Below are positions 25,523 through 39,175 of a stretch of 64,000 nt of DNA, in pieces. The translations under genes were made by a program, and so were the position numbers. The DNA is from Eledone cirrhosa (taxonomy: Eukaryota). The stretch's first letter is position 1. The number at the start of each line of letters is the position of its first letter. The notes below the pieces were generated by a model. It searched no databases. It saw only the letters and a program-made list of their open reading frames with translations, and was not told where the DNA came from. The DNA lies in the NCBI GenBank assembly GCA_964016885.1, contig OZ024764.1, forward strand, positions 7,750,001-7,814,000. The letters are read 5' to 3'.

Positions 25523-26445
25523 CACTGGTCAACACCAAATTTATTGTCTATGTCTTTTTAGCTGATTTAGGACAATTTTGTTATTTTCGATTCCATATTT
25601 GTACAACAAATAAAAGGGAATTTTTGTTATAACGGATTATGTCGTTTTTGTCATTGCCTTCTGAATCGATAAATATAATAATATCTCCAGTGACACTTAA
25701 TCAACGTTATAGATTTGGCCAGAAGATTTTGCAAAAGTGAACCTGATTCGATGTATTCTGCTACATCTGCGGCGAATACAAAGTTGTTCTTAACAGGAAT
25801 CCAGTCACAAGTTTCATAAAGCGTGCTTGCCATGCTTATTTTGGTATGAAACTTGGTGACCAGGATAAACCTTGGGCACCACAGACAGTATGCAAGACAT
25901 GCATCGAGTATCTGCGTTGTTGGACCAAGGGCAAGAAGAGTTGTTGAAGTTTAGAATTCCCATGGTTTGGAGGGAGGCGACAAACCATAGCACTGACTGC
26001 TACTTCTGCACTATTGATTTGATTGACTAGGATCTACAGAAAGAACCGGAGCAGCTTTAAGTATCCTGATCTTGAATCAGCAGATCGTCCTGTAGCTTAT
26101 TGGGATGAAATTCCAGGATCTGACTTTGGAGAACCTCCTGACATTTGTGACGAAGATTCCTCCAGTATTGAAGAAAATGAAAAAATAGAAGTGGTTCTTG
26201 ATGATGATGCTCCACAAATCTTTTCCCCCAAAGGAGCTAAATGATTTAGTTTGCGATCTCAGCTTATCAAAGTCCTCTGCCAAACTCTTGGCGTCCAGAT
26301 TGAAGGAAAAAACCCTCTGACAGTGCTCGCATCACCTTCTACCGCAACAGACATCAAGAGTGCTTCTGTTTTTTTCTCTGAAGAGAGGGACTTGGTGTTC
26401 TGTATAGATATTGTGCAACTTCTACACAAGCTTGGAGTGCTACAG
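25523..26445 (+). mobile_element. Degenerate DNA transposon, Chapaev3/CMC-like, 5' part
   Basis: Starts CACTGGTCAACA. Broken ORF gives YFGMKLGDQDKPWAP..VCKTC..IPMVWRE..NH..DCYFC..YPDLESA. The family assignment is from memory. Confidence 0.6.
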
Positions 26446-27072
26446 TTAGTGGAACTAACTCTCTCTCTATATATCATCATCATCATCATCATCATTGTTT
26501 AAAATCCATTTTCCATGCTAGTATGGGTTAGACAGTTTGTCCCATTAGAGGAAAGTTGGATCAGGTGACCATCTCTTGCTCATATAGAACTGTTTTGGGC
26601 TTGATTTTTGGATGCCCTTCCTAATGCCATGCCTTTTAGTTTAAACCCTTTAGCATTTAAACCAGCCATATTCAGCCAGAATTCTCTCATCTCTTTCTGT
26701 TCTAACTGGTCATAATCAGTTGCTCATACTTATGTTAAGGTATTCTTTTCAAAATAAATACTTTCAAAATCTCATAGATTCGATATTATGTGAGGTAAAG
26801 CCTTTACTGTGAAAATACAATAGTATATATAGAGTGGTTTCTTTATTTGCCACTAGGGCACAAAAGGTAGGGACAGATACAAGGAGGGAAGTTTACATAT
26901 AATTAACGAGTACAAAAATATAACAATGAAATAACAACAACAAACGAAGTCCTCAATAGGGAGGGGGCATTAACATGGGTCGCACACACCCCGGAAAAAA
27001 TGTGCAACCCTTCTCCTCAGGAGCACAAAGAGTAGGTGCTTCCCTCGTCTCCTCTTTTTCCTCTTCTTTCAC

Positions 27073-30000
27073 CTACAGGCTGATATAGAGAGAAGACCCA
27101 TTCACTCTGGCCATTCTCCCTACTTTCACCCACCTTTCATAAAACTTGCTGGGGTAGAGCACCTCTCTCTCCATTCTGATCCTTCTTTTAAAATGGTATT
27201 TGAAAAAGGGGACCAGTTGTTGGCCGGAGAGAAAGGTGTCTGACCTCAGCCCTTTCAGCCTCGTCCACCATACAACTTCTTTAGCCATGGCTATCACACA
27301 GAGAAAAACCGCCTCTCCTTCGTTTTTGAAAGAGGGAGGCGGTTTGATCGTGACAATGGACTCGGTGGTCAACCGGATTGGTCCCACCCTCGACAGTAGT
27401 CATTCCACATAGCCCCACAGGTCAGCAATGCCTGGGCAGTGTACGAATGCGTGCGCAACGGTTTCGTCATCATGCACGCATCTCGGACAGATCTTATTCA
27501 AAGGATCTCTACCCAGGCTCCCATGCCTGTGGAGCTTGTCTCGAACGGGTAGAGCCCCTCGGTAGCACTGCCAAGCCAGGGACTTTTGGAAGTTGTCCAT
27601 CGGTCCAGGGCCAAACGTCCTACCGAACAGACTGGCCAGTTCATCTTCCTCCATGCCTAGAGCTTCTCCGAGAGCATCGTCGCACCTGCTGCGTACCAAC
27701 CCTCTATAGAATGTCGAGGTGGAGTCTCTACTGATTGCCGGGTCCGCTTTCCAGAGGGCCGTGAGCGCCTGGGCACATTCAATGTGCCAGTCGCCCACTT
27801 TTCTCGGTCTTTGCTTGACCCAGGATTGCAGCTTGGTGAGCGAGACGAGTCTGGGAAAGGCTCGCCTCACAAACGGGGCCCACACCGGTTGACCGGTGAG
27901 GAATACCTGGAGGTGCCGTAGCCTTAATGCGTGTTTACGCATCTGTAGCCACGGCATCCCCAGCCCTCCTTTCGAAGGGTGTTGACAGCAGATGGATCTC
28001 CTCACCAAAGGGGTCCGCTTGTTCCAAAGAAATTGGAACAGCGCGCACTCCATTTTGGCGAGTCTTTTCACTGGGCAAGGCACGACGGTCAAGCGGTAGT
28101 AGATGACGGATGCTATATAAGTATTCGCCACCTCCGCTCGACCTTTCAGGGATAGTTTGCACTGGGCCCACTTCTGGGTGAGTGCAAACACCCTGGCCGT
28201 TACCTCGTTCCAGTTTTTCTCCACCTGGAGGTCTGGTCCGAACCAGACCCCAAGCAGCTTCACCGGGCCCTCCGTCCAGCGTCCAACGACGTCGTTGGAG
28301 GGCATCGGTTTGCCTCTCCATGTTCCGAGTTGCAAACCGACGGACTTGTCCCGGTTCAGCTTGGCTCCTGTAAACCTTTCATATTCCTCCAGTAAGGTGC
28401 CGATCTCACCGATTTGCGAGGTTTTCGACACCATTACTGTCACGTCATCGGCGCAGGCCGACGCCGCTTTCTGCAATCCCGGTTCCAAAGGGATGCCCTG
28501 CAACCGCTCCAACTTCCGCAGTAGTGGCTCAAGAGCCAGCACATACAGTAGGGAGGAGAGAGGGCATCCCTGTCGGATGGATCGCATGATTTGGAACGGC
28601 TCCGAGAGGTGGCCGTTCACCTTGACCCTTGAGCAGACGTTGCTGCTGTGCATCGCAGCAATCCAACCCCTGAAAACGGGTCCGAAGCCTGCCGCCGCGA
28701 GCACCGCATCCAGGTAACGATGGTCAACCCTATCGAAAGCTTTAGATTGATCCAAGTTGATCAGGGCCCCACCAAAGCCGGGTTCATTCCCTACCCTCTT
28801 TATGATGTATCGCATAAGGTGGAGATTGTCATGAATGGACCTGGACGGGATTGCGCATGTCTGCGCTTCTCCCACCAGGTTTCCGACGACAAGCGCCAAC
28901 CTCTTCGCTAACACCTTGGCCAAAAACTTTAACTCTGTATTTAGCAGAGTTATGAGCCTGAAGTTACTTATGTCATCCCCCTTGTTCTCATCCTTCCTCA
29001 CCAGCGTAACTACGCCCTTGGTCACAGAACTGGGAATTCTCCCGTTCTGCTGCCAGTTGCAGTAGACCGCTTCGAGGATATCGGAGAACAAGTCCGGCAT
29101 CGCTACATATAGCTCGTATGGTAGACCATCGAGACCCGGGGATTTGCGTTTGCCGCATTGGCTCAGCGCCGCCCCTATCTCAGCAGCTGAAATCGTCCTT
29201 TCGCAGGACTTCGCCTCCGCGTCTGAGAGGCGCGGCAGACCGTCGAGGTATGGATTGAAATCCATAGTCTCACCCGGCGCGCCGCCCCTCTCGAACAGTC
29301 GTGCAAAGTGCCGCTGAAAGGCCGCACACATCTGCCCAGGTTCAAGGATCACACGCCCATCCTGGTCCTTCAAAGATCGAATCGTGGACTTGTTCCCACT
29401 TTTTGCCTCTGTCACTCGGGCCCAGCTCACAGCTTTGGCTCCCTCATTACCCAGAGCACGTATTTTACTCCTGACAACGCAGCCTTCATGCTTCACCTCA
29501 AAGAACTGGTCTAAGGCCATTCTTGATGCCAGCACGCCGGCTACATTGCCACTCCTAATCGCCTCTTCTACTCTATCTACTAATTCCCTTTCCGTCTTGT
29601 TCCTATCCCTTGCTAATTCCTGACTAAAACCTATCGATTCTATTCTAATTGCTCTCTTAAGAGAGCTCCACCACCTGTTGTTGACAATTGCCCCTGTCAA
29701 ACTCTGCTTAACTAACGTGCTAATCCGTTTACTGTAAGCTTTGCTTCTCGGTAAGGACAAGTTCAGCTTCCAGTAACCGGGTCCCTGTCTATGGGTTCTA
29801 TCAAGGTTGGCTATGCAGGTCACTAACTTATGATCCGAATAGTCAACCATGAACATTTTTGGACAGCTAAATGTGTCCCTATCCTTCTCTCTAACTAGGA
29901 CCCTATCTAGGTACGACCTAGATGTTCCGCTGCGATTGGTCCACGTCCATAGTGGTACAGTCGGAAAATCTAGTCGATATCTATCGGCCAGGTCAAATCG

Positions 30001-30510
30001 GCCGATTAACCTTTTGAGGCTTTTACACCCCCCTCTATTGGCACATGCCCCTACATAGTCCCAACGTGCATCCAGGATACCATTCCAGTCCCCCACTAAA
30101 AGCAAGGAGCGGGACGTTCCCAGAAAAGTTTCCAGACGTTGGAAGTATTCCGGCCGCGCTGCCCAAAAAGGGGCGTACACAGCTATTAGTCTAAGGGCTC
30201 CACTTTCACTACTGCCGACGTCTAAAACCACCAGTCGACCCTCCGGGTCCAGGTGCACCTTTTGTATGGTGAGGCCCAGGTGTTTTCGCAGCAGAACGAC
30301 AACTCCACCCCCACCCCCCGGTTGACAGAGAGATGCGAAGATCTCAAAGTCGTCGAAGAGGGGCGCCAGTTGGTGCTCGCTGCTGATCCTGGACTCGCAA
30401 ATAGCCATTACATCCATTCTATGCGACCTGAGATCGTTTAAAAGTTTGCCTTGTTTCCAAGACAGTCCCAGGCCGCGTACATTCAGACACCCAACTCTTA
30501 TATCAGCCAT
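27073..30510 (-). pseudogene. Tx1/L1 ORF2 (APE endonuclease + RT + zinc knuckle) with a premature stop at 27400-27402
   Basis: CLNVRGL, VYAP, GDWN, SDH, KSPGLDGLP, LDQSKAFDRV, RQGCPLS, CADD in place of YADD, CPRC..H..HC. The TGA corresponds to CGA in the copy at ~1163. Confidence 0.9.
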
Positions 30511-30531
30511 GTTGGTTAAAAGAGGAAGGAC

Positions 30532-32264
30532 CTACCTGTTCGGCTCCTGAGGAGCAGGTTGCACAATATCCATGGGCGTATTGGAGGGGTTGTTTGGTGG
30601 GGTGTTGTTCTGTGGTGGAGTGGGGGTGTTTGGTGAGGTGTGGGTAGGGAAACGTTTCAAGAGGACGCGGTTATAGGTTCGAGTACATGTTTTCCCCACG
30701 TCCTCAGGAAAGTTCTCTCTTAGTTTTGCATAGGTGTCCATTGGGAGTCTTATCATTTTTAAATGCGGTTTGTTGGCCGCGCTTGCAAAGAATTGCCCTT
30801 CAGTTTCCACCGAAGGGTCTTTGTGTATTGTTTTTACTAGTTCTTTGTTATTTGTGTTAATGTATGTATACTGTTTTATTTGTGTTGTGTTTGTTTGTTG
30901 TTCTTGTGTGTGCTTACGTTTTGTTGTATGTGTTATGTTTTGGGGTGGGGCGGATTTTGTTTGTTCTGTTTGTTTTGTTTTTGTTGATGGTTGTGTGTTT
31001 GTTTCGTTTATGTTCGAGTGGTGCTTTCTTTTTTTCCTTTTTACAGGTTGGAAGGGTTCCCCCTCTTCGTCACTAGGTGCCGTTTCAGCTGGGTCCTCGT
31101 CCGTGCTGTCGGGTAGTGGTGTATTTTGGGGTTTTGTTGTATTTGTGTGTGTTTTGGGAGTTGTTTTGGGTGGGGCCGTGTCTTGTGTTATTTTTCCGTG
31201 TTGTTTTTGTTTTTGTTGTTGTTGTGGTGGTGGAGGTGGTGGTGGTGGCGGTGGTGGTGTGTGGGGCGTAGGCAAAAGAGCCTTTTTTTTGTCAATTGAG
31301 GACAAGCAGCCCTTAGATGACCCCTGCTTGAACAGTAGTAACATATGGGCCTCCTACCCTCGGCTGAAATGTATATAAATGTTTCTCCATCGAGGGACAC
31401 CCTCTGTGGTATTCTAGCTATTCGTTCTGGTCTCATTTGGCCCAGAACCTCCACGCTCAAACTGCCGAAAACGTCTGTGGTGACTTCTCCTACTGAGAGG
31501 ATTCCGTCCTCGTCTTCTAAAAATCCTGTTAGTACCCAGGAAATGCATGCATTTGGCCGGATTCCGGAGACCCTTATTTTCTGCGTTCTTTTCCCTAAAT
31601 ATGTGGGGAAAAATGTATGTAGCTTGGAAACAATTGGCACCACAGAGTATTTCCTGGCCGTCAATTGATCCTTCATTAGGACCGTTATATTCCCATAGAG
31701 TGGCCCTTTTTGTATGAACGATATATCACTCCACACATTTTTTAGGACCAGCTCTATCTCTTTTTGGGATAATTGAGCTGGTTTCCTTGTTATGTTGGAA
31801 ATTGTTCTGAAAGATATCGTTCTTAGCATCGTGTCTCTTTTGATTTCTTGTGGGGAGGTGATTGTGAAGTCTCCTCCTTCTTTGAAAGTTACATACTGTT
31901 TCGCTTCCTTCATCTTTTCTCTCAGAGTTGTAATGTCCAGTTGCTTGCAGGTTTGTGTTTTCCGGACCACCTGTGCAAAGGAGGCACCAGTAGTGGGTTC
32001 GCTTTGTTTGGTGTTATCGTTATTTTTTCCTTGGTTGGTGTTGTGGCTATTGCTGTTATTGTCGTTGTTGTTTTTGTCTGCGTTTATGTGACTTTCTGGG
32101 TTTTCACCCATTTTTACAAATTTTTCTTTTAATTCCGTGTTCCATGTTTCTTTTGCAGAAGTGAGGAGGGAAGACTTAGAGCCTTGTGCTTCTAGCTTCT
32201 CTGTATCACCTTTCTTAGAGGGCGTGGCTTTCACGTTAGGATGAGATGTGAAAATTCCGTCCAT
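30532..32264 (-). pseudogene. Tx1/L1 ORF1 (gag-like, CCHC knuckle) with a frameshift at an A-run near 31283-31290
   Basis: MDGIFTSHP...CYYCSSRGHLRAAC, continuing in another frame (KKALLPTPHTPPP...) to 30532, 21 bp before the ORF2 ATG. Confidence 0.8.
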
Positions 32265-32474
32265 TTCTATTAGTTTGCCGTAATAAGTTTTTAACTGGAA
32301 AATTCGCCCCAAAAAGGGGCGAAAATAAATAAACTCAAAGTTTGACGACCAAGGCAAGGGGTTAACGTATATTACAGTATAAAAAAATTAATCAAAACTC
32401 ACTTTTGAGTAAGTAAATCCGACTCGGTAGCCGAGCTTGTTCACACACGTCAACACACGTCTCTCGTATACGAG

Positions 32475-33555
32475 ATGTTATGTGAGATATTATGTGAGGT
32501 AAAGCCTTTACCATGAAAATACAATAGTATATATAGAGTAATGTAAATGTTATGTGAGATATTATGTGAGGTAAAGCCTTTACTGTGAAAATACAATAGT
32601 ATATATAGAGTGATGTAAATGTTATGTGAGATATTATGTGAGGTAAAGCCTTTACTGTGAAAATACAATAGTATATATAGAGTAATGTAAATGTTATGTG
32701 AAATATTATGTGAGGTAAAGCCTTTACTGTGAAAATACAATAGTATATATAGAGTAATGTAAATGTTATGTGAGATATTATGTGAGGTAAAGCCTTTACT
32801 GTGAAAATACAATAGTATATATAGAGTAATGTAAATGTTATGTTAGATATTATGTGAGGTAAAGCCTTTACTGTGAAAATACAATAGTATATATAGAGTA
32901 ATGTAAATGTTATGTGAGATATTATGTGAGGTAAAGCCTTTACTGTGAAAATACAATAGTATATATAGAGTAATGTAAATGTTATGTGAAATATTATGTG
33001 AGGTAAAGCCTTTACTGTGAAAATACAATAGTATATATAGAGTAATGTAAATGTTATGTGAGATATTATGTGAGGTAAAGCCTTTACTGTGAAAATACAA
33101 TAGTATATATAGAGTAATGTAAATGTGTGAGATATTATGTGAGGTAAAGCCTTTACTGTGAAAATACAATAGTTTATATAGAGTAATGTAAATGTTAGGT
33201 GAGATATTATGTGAGGTAAAGCCTTTACTGTGAAAATACAATAGTATATATAGAGTAATGTAAATGTTATGTGAGATATTATGTGAGGTAAAGCCTTTAC
33301 TGTGAAAATACAATAGTATATATAGAGTAATGTAAATGTTATGTGAGATATTATGTGAGGTAAAGCCTTTACTGTGAAAATACAATAGTATATATAGAGT
33401 AATGTAAATGTTATGTGAGATATTATGTGAGGTAAAGCCTTTACTGTGAAAATACAATAGTATATATAGAGTAATGTAAATGTTATGTGAGATATTATGT
33501 GAGGTAAAGCCTTTACTGTGAAAATACAATAGTATATATAGAGTAATGTAAATGA
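32475..33555. repeat. 72-bp tandem repeat, ~15 copies (partial first unit at 26783-26835)
   Basis: Unit gatattatgtgaggtaaagcctttactgtgaaaatacaatagtatatatagagtaatgtaaatgttatgtga. Confidence 0.97.
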
Positions 33556-34365
33556 TAAATGGTTATAGAATAAAAACTAAAGCCAAAATAAAAATATATC
33601 TTTAAGAATGAGACCCCAAGGGAGTGTGTTCCCTAAGCTATAGCTTATTTAACTTATAGGTAAGCCCAGCACTGAGCCCCAGCATACCCACAAGCCATAG
33701 GTTTAGCTGGTCTCCTATAAGGTTGTATCTCATAAGAGGTTTTCTTGTGTGTTTTACTGATAGGGACCCCAGTTGGTCATGCTGTTACATCTCACACCTA
33801 TCTGCTAATATGCAGATCTGACTGATCAGCCAGTCTGCTAATATGCAAATCAGGCCGATCAGTCACTGTGTATTTTTGAAAATAGCATATACTTTCACTA
33901 GCTCTGACAGTTGCCAGGTGAACAGTGAGCTGTACTGATGAAGGGTGATACCCAGAAACATTACTGTCTGTAGTTCTGTTCACATGCCAACATAAGAACA
34001 AGAATGAAGGGTTCATTCTACTGACATGGCTATAAAATTGAGGCTCGTTTGCATAATTGCAAACGAATCGAATGTTATTATTAATATTCGAAAAACTATA
34101 TAAATATAAACGGAAAAAATGAAATGAAATTTCATTTCTCACTCTTAGTACGGCTGTTACTTAAATATAAGTATGTATACATATATACATATATGTATAC
34201 AGACATACAGTAGTATGTATATATATATACATACATGCACACACATATATATGTACGTATGGATTCACCGAACATTTACTATAATGCTCGGTGTGTTTGT
34301 TAACAAACATCCCATATTAAGCCGTACAGTGTCTAGCAACCATCGTTGCTCATTTGTTCAACACT

Positions 34366-34466
<101 letters not shown>

Positions 34467-34564
34467 ATGTATGTAGTGGGTATATATTAATTTCTTAATG
34501 GATTTTTTATTACTGTTTATTAACACAGACAAAGACACATATATATATATGTGTCTTTGTCTGT

Positions 34565-34590
34565 AGAGTTTATTCTCAAAATATAATATA

Positions 34591-34623
<33 letters not shown>

Positions 34624-34761
34624 GTGGGTATATATTAATTTCTTAATGGATTTTTTATTACTGTTTATTAACACAGACAAAGACACATATATATATATGT
34701 GTCTTTGTCTGTGTTAATAAACAGTAATAAAAAATCCATTAAGAAATTAATATATACCCAC

Positions 34762-34807
<46 letters not shown>

Positions 34808-34827
34808 TATATTTTGAGAATAAACTC
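34565..34827. repeat. Near-perfect ~260-bp palindrome centred on (TA)n
   Basis: gagtttattctcaaaatataat...acacagacaaagacaca(ta)n tgtgtctttgtctgtgt...attatattttgagaataaactc. Confidence 0.9.
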
Positions 34828-35151
34828 TCAGTCATTTACAATAATTAAGCTCCAGGAAGGGTCTCTTCCGAGCAGTTAATACATTTAAAGTGTACGATAA
34901 ATACGAAATGTATATATATATATATATATATACTCCCCCCCTCCCTACGTTTTTCTGGTTCTTTTTCCCATCCCCGTCTCTGCCTATCCTTCGCACTCAC
35001 CCCTTCGTTCACTCTCATTCCTTGTATTTTGATCATGCTTTATTTTTATTTATTATTTATTATATTTTTGTCTTTATTTGTTAATTTTTCATTCGCACCG
35101 TTTCCTTTCGCTATATGTCTCTCCACCACTCCCCTACACACCTTTTGAACT

Positions 35152-35187
35152 CTCACCTGAAGAAGGGCTTATGCCCGAAACGTCGTC
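35152..35187 (+). ncRNA. Minimal hammerhead motif (Penelope pLTR-type), weak stem I
   Basis: CTGAAGA-A-GGGC-ttat-GCCC-GAAACGTC; AATAAA ~35 bp downstream. Confidence 0.55.
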
Positions 35188-35274
35188 CTCCACCTACCCC
35201 CCACTCTCCTGAGCGTGAATTTAATAAACATTTGTCGTACTGCCTCTCTGTTCTGTCCCTGTTCAATTTTTCAT

Positions 35275-35311
<37 letters not shown>

Positions 35312-35315
<4 letters not shown>

Positions 35316-35779
35316 CAACAGACAAAGTTAGCTATTAATGAAATAAACTAATAAAAGTGAATACAATTTGTCTGTCTCGATATAAGTCAATAAAGACAAG
35401 CTTATATTGGCAACAGCCATGATTCCTGGACATATTTAAATTTCAAAATTCAAACCTGTTCTGCAGACGAATTTGAACCTCGAAACCCAAATAAGTTTCG
35501 CAATGGTGGAATGTGAATTGAAAAATAAAGAGAATCGAAATGGAATATAAATAAAAGATTGAAATACCCAAATCTTCTGTGCTTATCAGCAGGAATCCAG
35601 TAAGATTAGTCTATCAAACATCACAAATTTTGCAGGACTGACTACACGTGGGTAAGCAGGCCAATAGCTATTGGGTGTTGCCAATATAATATTATCTTTA
35701 CTGACTTATATCGAGACAGACAAATTGTATTCACTTTTATTAGTTTATTTCATTAATAGCTAACTTTGTCTGTTGCAAT
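35312..35779. repeat. ~100-bp inverted arms with a ~260-bp spacer
   Basis: 35312-35414 is the reverse complement of 35676-35779; related sequence at 18070-18260 and 43863-44010. Confidence 0.85.
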
Positions 35780-35920
35780 GTAAACACATTTCATGTTTAT
35801 CGTACACTTTAAATGTATATATATATATATATATTTATATATTTTTATATATATATATATATATAGTATGATTGGCCCACTTAATCTGAGGATTGAAAAT
35901 GTATATATACACACTCACAC

Positions 35921-36045
<125 letters not shown>

Positions 36046-36087
36046 ATTATATTGATATATGATCTTTGCTATTATTTCCTTATATAT

Positions 36088-36171
<84 letters not shown>

Positions 36172-36173
<2 letters not shown>

Positions 36174-36512
36174 AGGCACATGGCTTAGTGGTTAGAGCAT
36201 TGGCCTTGCAATCGAAAGGCTGTGAGTTCAATTCTCAGACCAGGTGATGTGTTGTTTCCTTGAGCAAGACACTTTATTTCACATTGCTCCAGTTTACTCA
36301 GCTGTAGAAATGAGATGATAGGGACTGGGGTCCCTATCATTCCACTGCAAAGTGGTCATGGAGGTGCCACGGCAAAAAAGCACCCAGCACTCACTGTAAA
36401 TGAGGTTGGTGTTAGGAAGGGCATCCAGCTGTAGAAATCAAGCCAGAATCAGTTCCTGTCCCACCCTTGCAAGCAGGGAAAAGCAGACGTAAAATGATGA
36501 TGATGATGATGA
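36172..36512 (+). mobile_element. Full-length tRNA-derived SINE, short-tail variant
   Basis: ggaggcacaTGGCTTAGTGGttagag..GAGTTCAATTC..ccttgagcaagacactt..gttggtgttaggaagggcatcc..cacccttgcaagcagggaaaag..(atg)n. Confidence 0.9.
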
Positions 36513-36894
36513 TATATATACAGAGAGAGAGAGAGAGAGAGAGAAGAGGAGAGATAAAAGCAGAAAGATAGAAATTAAATAATGACAGCTGCAGGCAGAG
36601 AGACAGTGAAGACACTCTGGCTGGACGTAGTCTCAGTCATAGATGAGGTGATATATATATATGAGAGAGAGAGGGAGAAATATATATATAGAGAGAGAGG
36701 TGAGAGAGGGAGGGAGAAATATATATATATAGAGAGAGAGGTGAGAGAGAGAGGGAGAAATATATATATATATATAGAGAGAGAGAGACATCAGCCACAG
36801 CAGCGACCAGATCAGTCGAGTGACAACACCTGAATCACAAGTGACAAATATTCTGGGCTACTGTCAGGTAAGTTGTTAATTCTTGATATTATTT

Positions 36895-37840
36895 TTGTTA
36901 CCATATTTCCAATGGAACATAACATAACAAAGGTTCGTACATAAAATTATGATGGAAGGTTTTTAGATAAATATAAACACTTTAACCCTTTCATTACCAT
37001 ATTTCTAATGAAAGACACTGTTGGAGTTTGGAACATAACTTAACAAAGGTTCTTACATAAAATTATGATGGAAGGTTTTTAGATAAATATAAACACTTTA
37101 ACCCTTTCATTACCATATTTCTCCTGAAAGACACTGTTGGTGTTTGGAACATAACTTAACAAAGGTTCTTACATAAAATTACGATGGAAGGTTTTCAGAT
37201 AAATATAAACACTTTAACCCTTTCATTACCATATTTCTAATGAAAGACACTGTTGGTGTTTGGAACATAACTTAAGAAAGGTTCTTACATAAAATTATGA
37301 TGGAAGGTTTTTAGATAAATATAAACACTTTAACCCTTTCATTACCATATTTCTTCTAATGAAAGACACTGTTGGTGTTTGGAACATAACTTAAGAAAGG
37401 TTCTTACATAAAATTATGATGGAAGGTTTTTAGATAAATATAAACACTTTAACCCTTTCATTACCATATTTCTCCTGAAAGACACTGTTGGTGTTTGGAA
37501 CATAACTTAACAAAGGTTCTTACATAAAATTATGATGGAAGGTTTTTAGATAAATATAAACACTTTAACCCTTTCATTACCATATTTCTCCTGAAAGACA
37601 CTGTTGGTGTTTGGAACATAACTTAACAAAGGTTCTTACATAAAATTATGATGGAAGGTTTTAAAATAAATATAAACACTTTAACCCTTTCATTACCATA
37701 TTTCTCCTGAAAGACACTGTTGGTGTTTGGAACATAACTTAACAAAGGTTCTTACATAAAATTATGATGGAAGGTTTTAAAATAAATATAAACACTTTAA
37801 CCCTTTCATTACCATATTTCTTCTAATGAAAGACACTATC
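36895..37840. repeat. 116-bp tandem repeat, ~8 copies
   Basis: ggaacataac recurs at 37030, 37146, 37262 and onward; each unit contains TTAACCCTTT. Confidence 0.95.
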
Positions 37841-38016
37841 CCCTATGGTTTCCAAATAATTTTGAAAATAATCAAGAATTTGAAGGGATTTGGTTATATA
37901 ACTAATTTTCTCATTATTTATCTGGTGTCTGGAACATAACTGAATGAAGGTTCTTAAATGAGAAATAGGTCCTGGCCCATATGAGAGGCCAGTGGTTCCA
38001 ATTAACCCCCCCCCCC

Positions 38017-38131
<115 letters not shown>

Positions 38132-38154
38132 GTCCTGTAGAAGCCTTTCTATAT

Positions 38155-38306
<152 letters not shown>

Positions 38307-38460
38307 ATATAGAAAGGCTTCTACAGGACTAGAACTCTCTCATTCGGGAGAAATCATCAGGAAGTCAGTTCTAGTCCTGTAGAAGACATTTCTATATTAA
38401 ATATTTATACTCTGCTTTGTATTGAGTACCTTACTTACTGTGGTTACCCCCAATTCAACC

Positions 38461-38515
<55 letters not shown>

Positions 38516-39135
38516 ATATATAAAACATGTGCACATACATAAACATATATATACACACATTTATATATAGAGACACACGCACACACATATAAGTGTAGTG
38601 GAGTTATTTTCATGGCATGTAACAATAATCTGTTCGTGCGTGATTTGGTCATTGGTTGATCAATCGTGAGTCGTGCATGAATATCAATTTCCGCCCAAAG
38701 ATTTTCGCGCTTCTTTTGTTTCACTAAAAACCAGTTGCTGCTTTGACATCAAAAGGTTAACATCCATTTTTTCCTTGCCGTTTAAACACTAACCAATATG
38801 TAACAGTAAAACATAACTCTGGCCTGGTCAGCCACATGCCGGCTAGCGAGCGTGCTTTATTAACATATAACACAACTTTTGTAACTATATTCCGGTCGTA
38901 AATAAATCATGTAAAGAGTCATAAAGTCTTGTGATACTCTTTTACCACTGCCATCACCTTGCACGTGATATGGGAAAAATCCTTTTCCCAAGGTTCTTAT
39001 CAATCTATCTATCTAGTGGTCTCTGTCCCTCCTCATCATCTCTACCATGTCCTGCGTCTCCAAGAGACTAGTGTCTGTCCTTAGGGCATCAACATATGTT
39101 AACCTCGGTCTTCCTCTTCCAGTGTGTCCATGCAG

Positions 39136-39175
<40 letters not shown>

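Larger units (their letters stand above)
26836..32474 (-). mobile_element. Near full-length Tx1/L1-clade LINE inserted in the first unit of a 72-bp satellite
   Basis: ORF1 with a CCHC knuckle, ORF2 with APE, RT and a C-terminal CCHC, 3' AATAAA; satellite sequence on both flanks. Confidence 0.95.

Noticed and set aside
31275-31295. Programmed ribosomal frameshift in Tx1 ORF1
   Set aside because: A one-base indel or sequencing error in an A8 run is simpler, and there is no second copy to compare.
36172-36245. tRNA genes at SINE heads
   Set aside because: A and B boxes are present, but there is no complete cloverleaf and they always continue into a SINE body.
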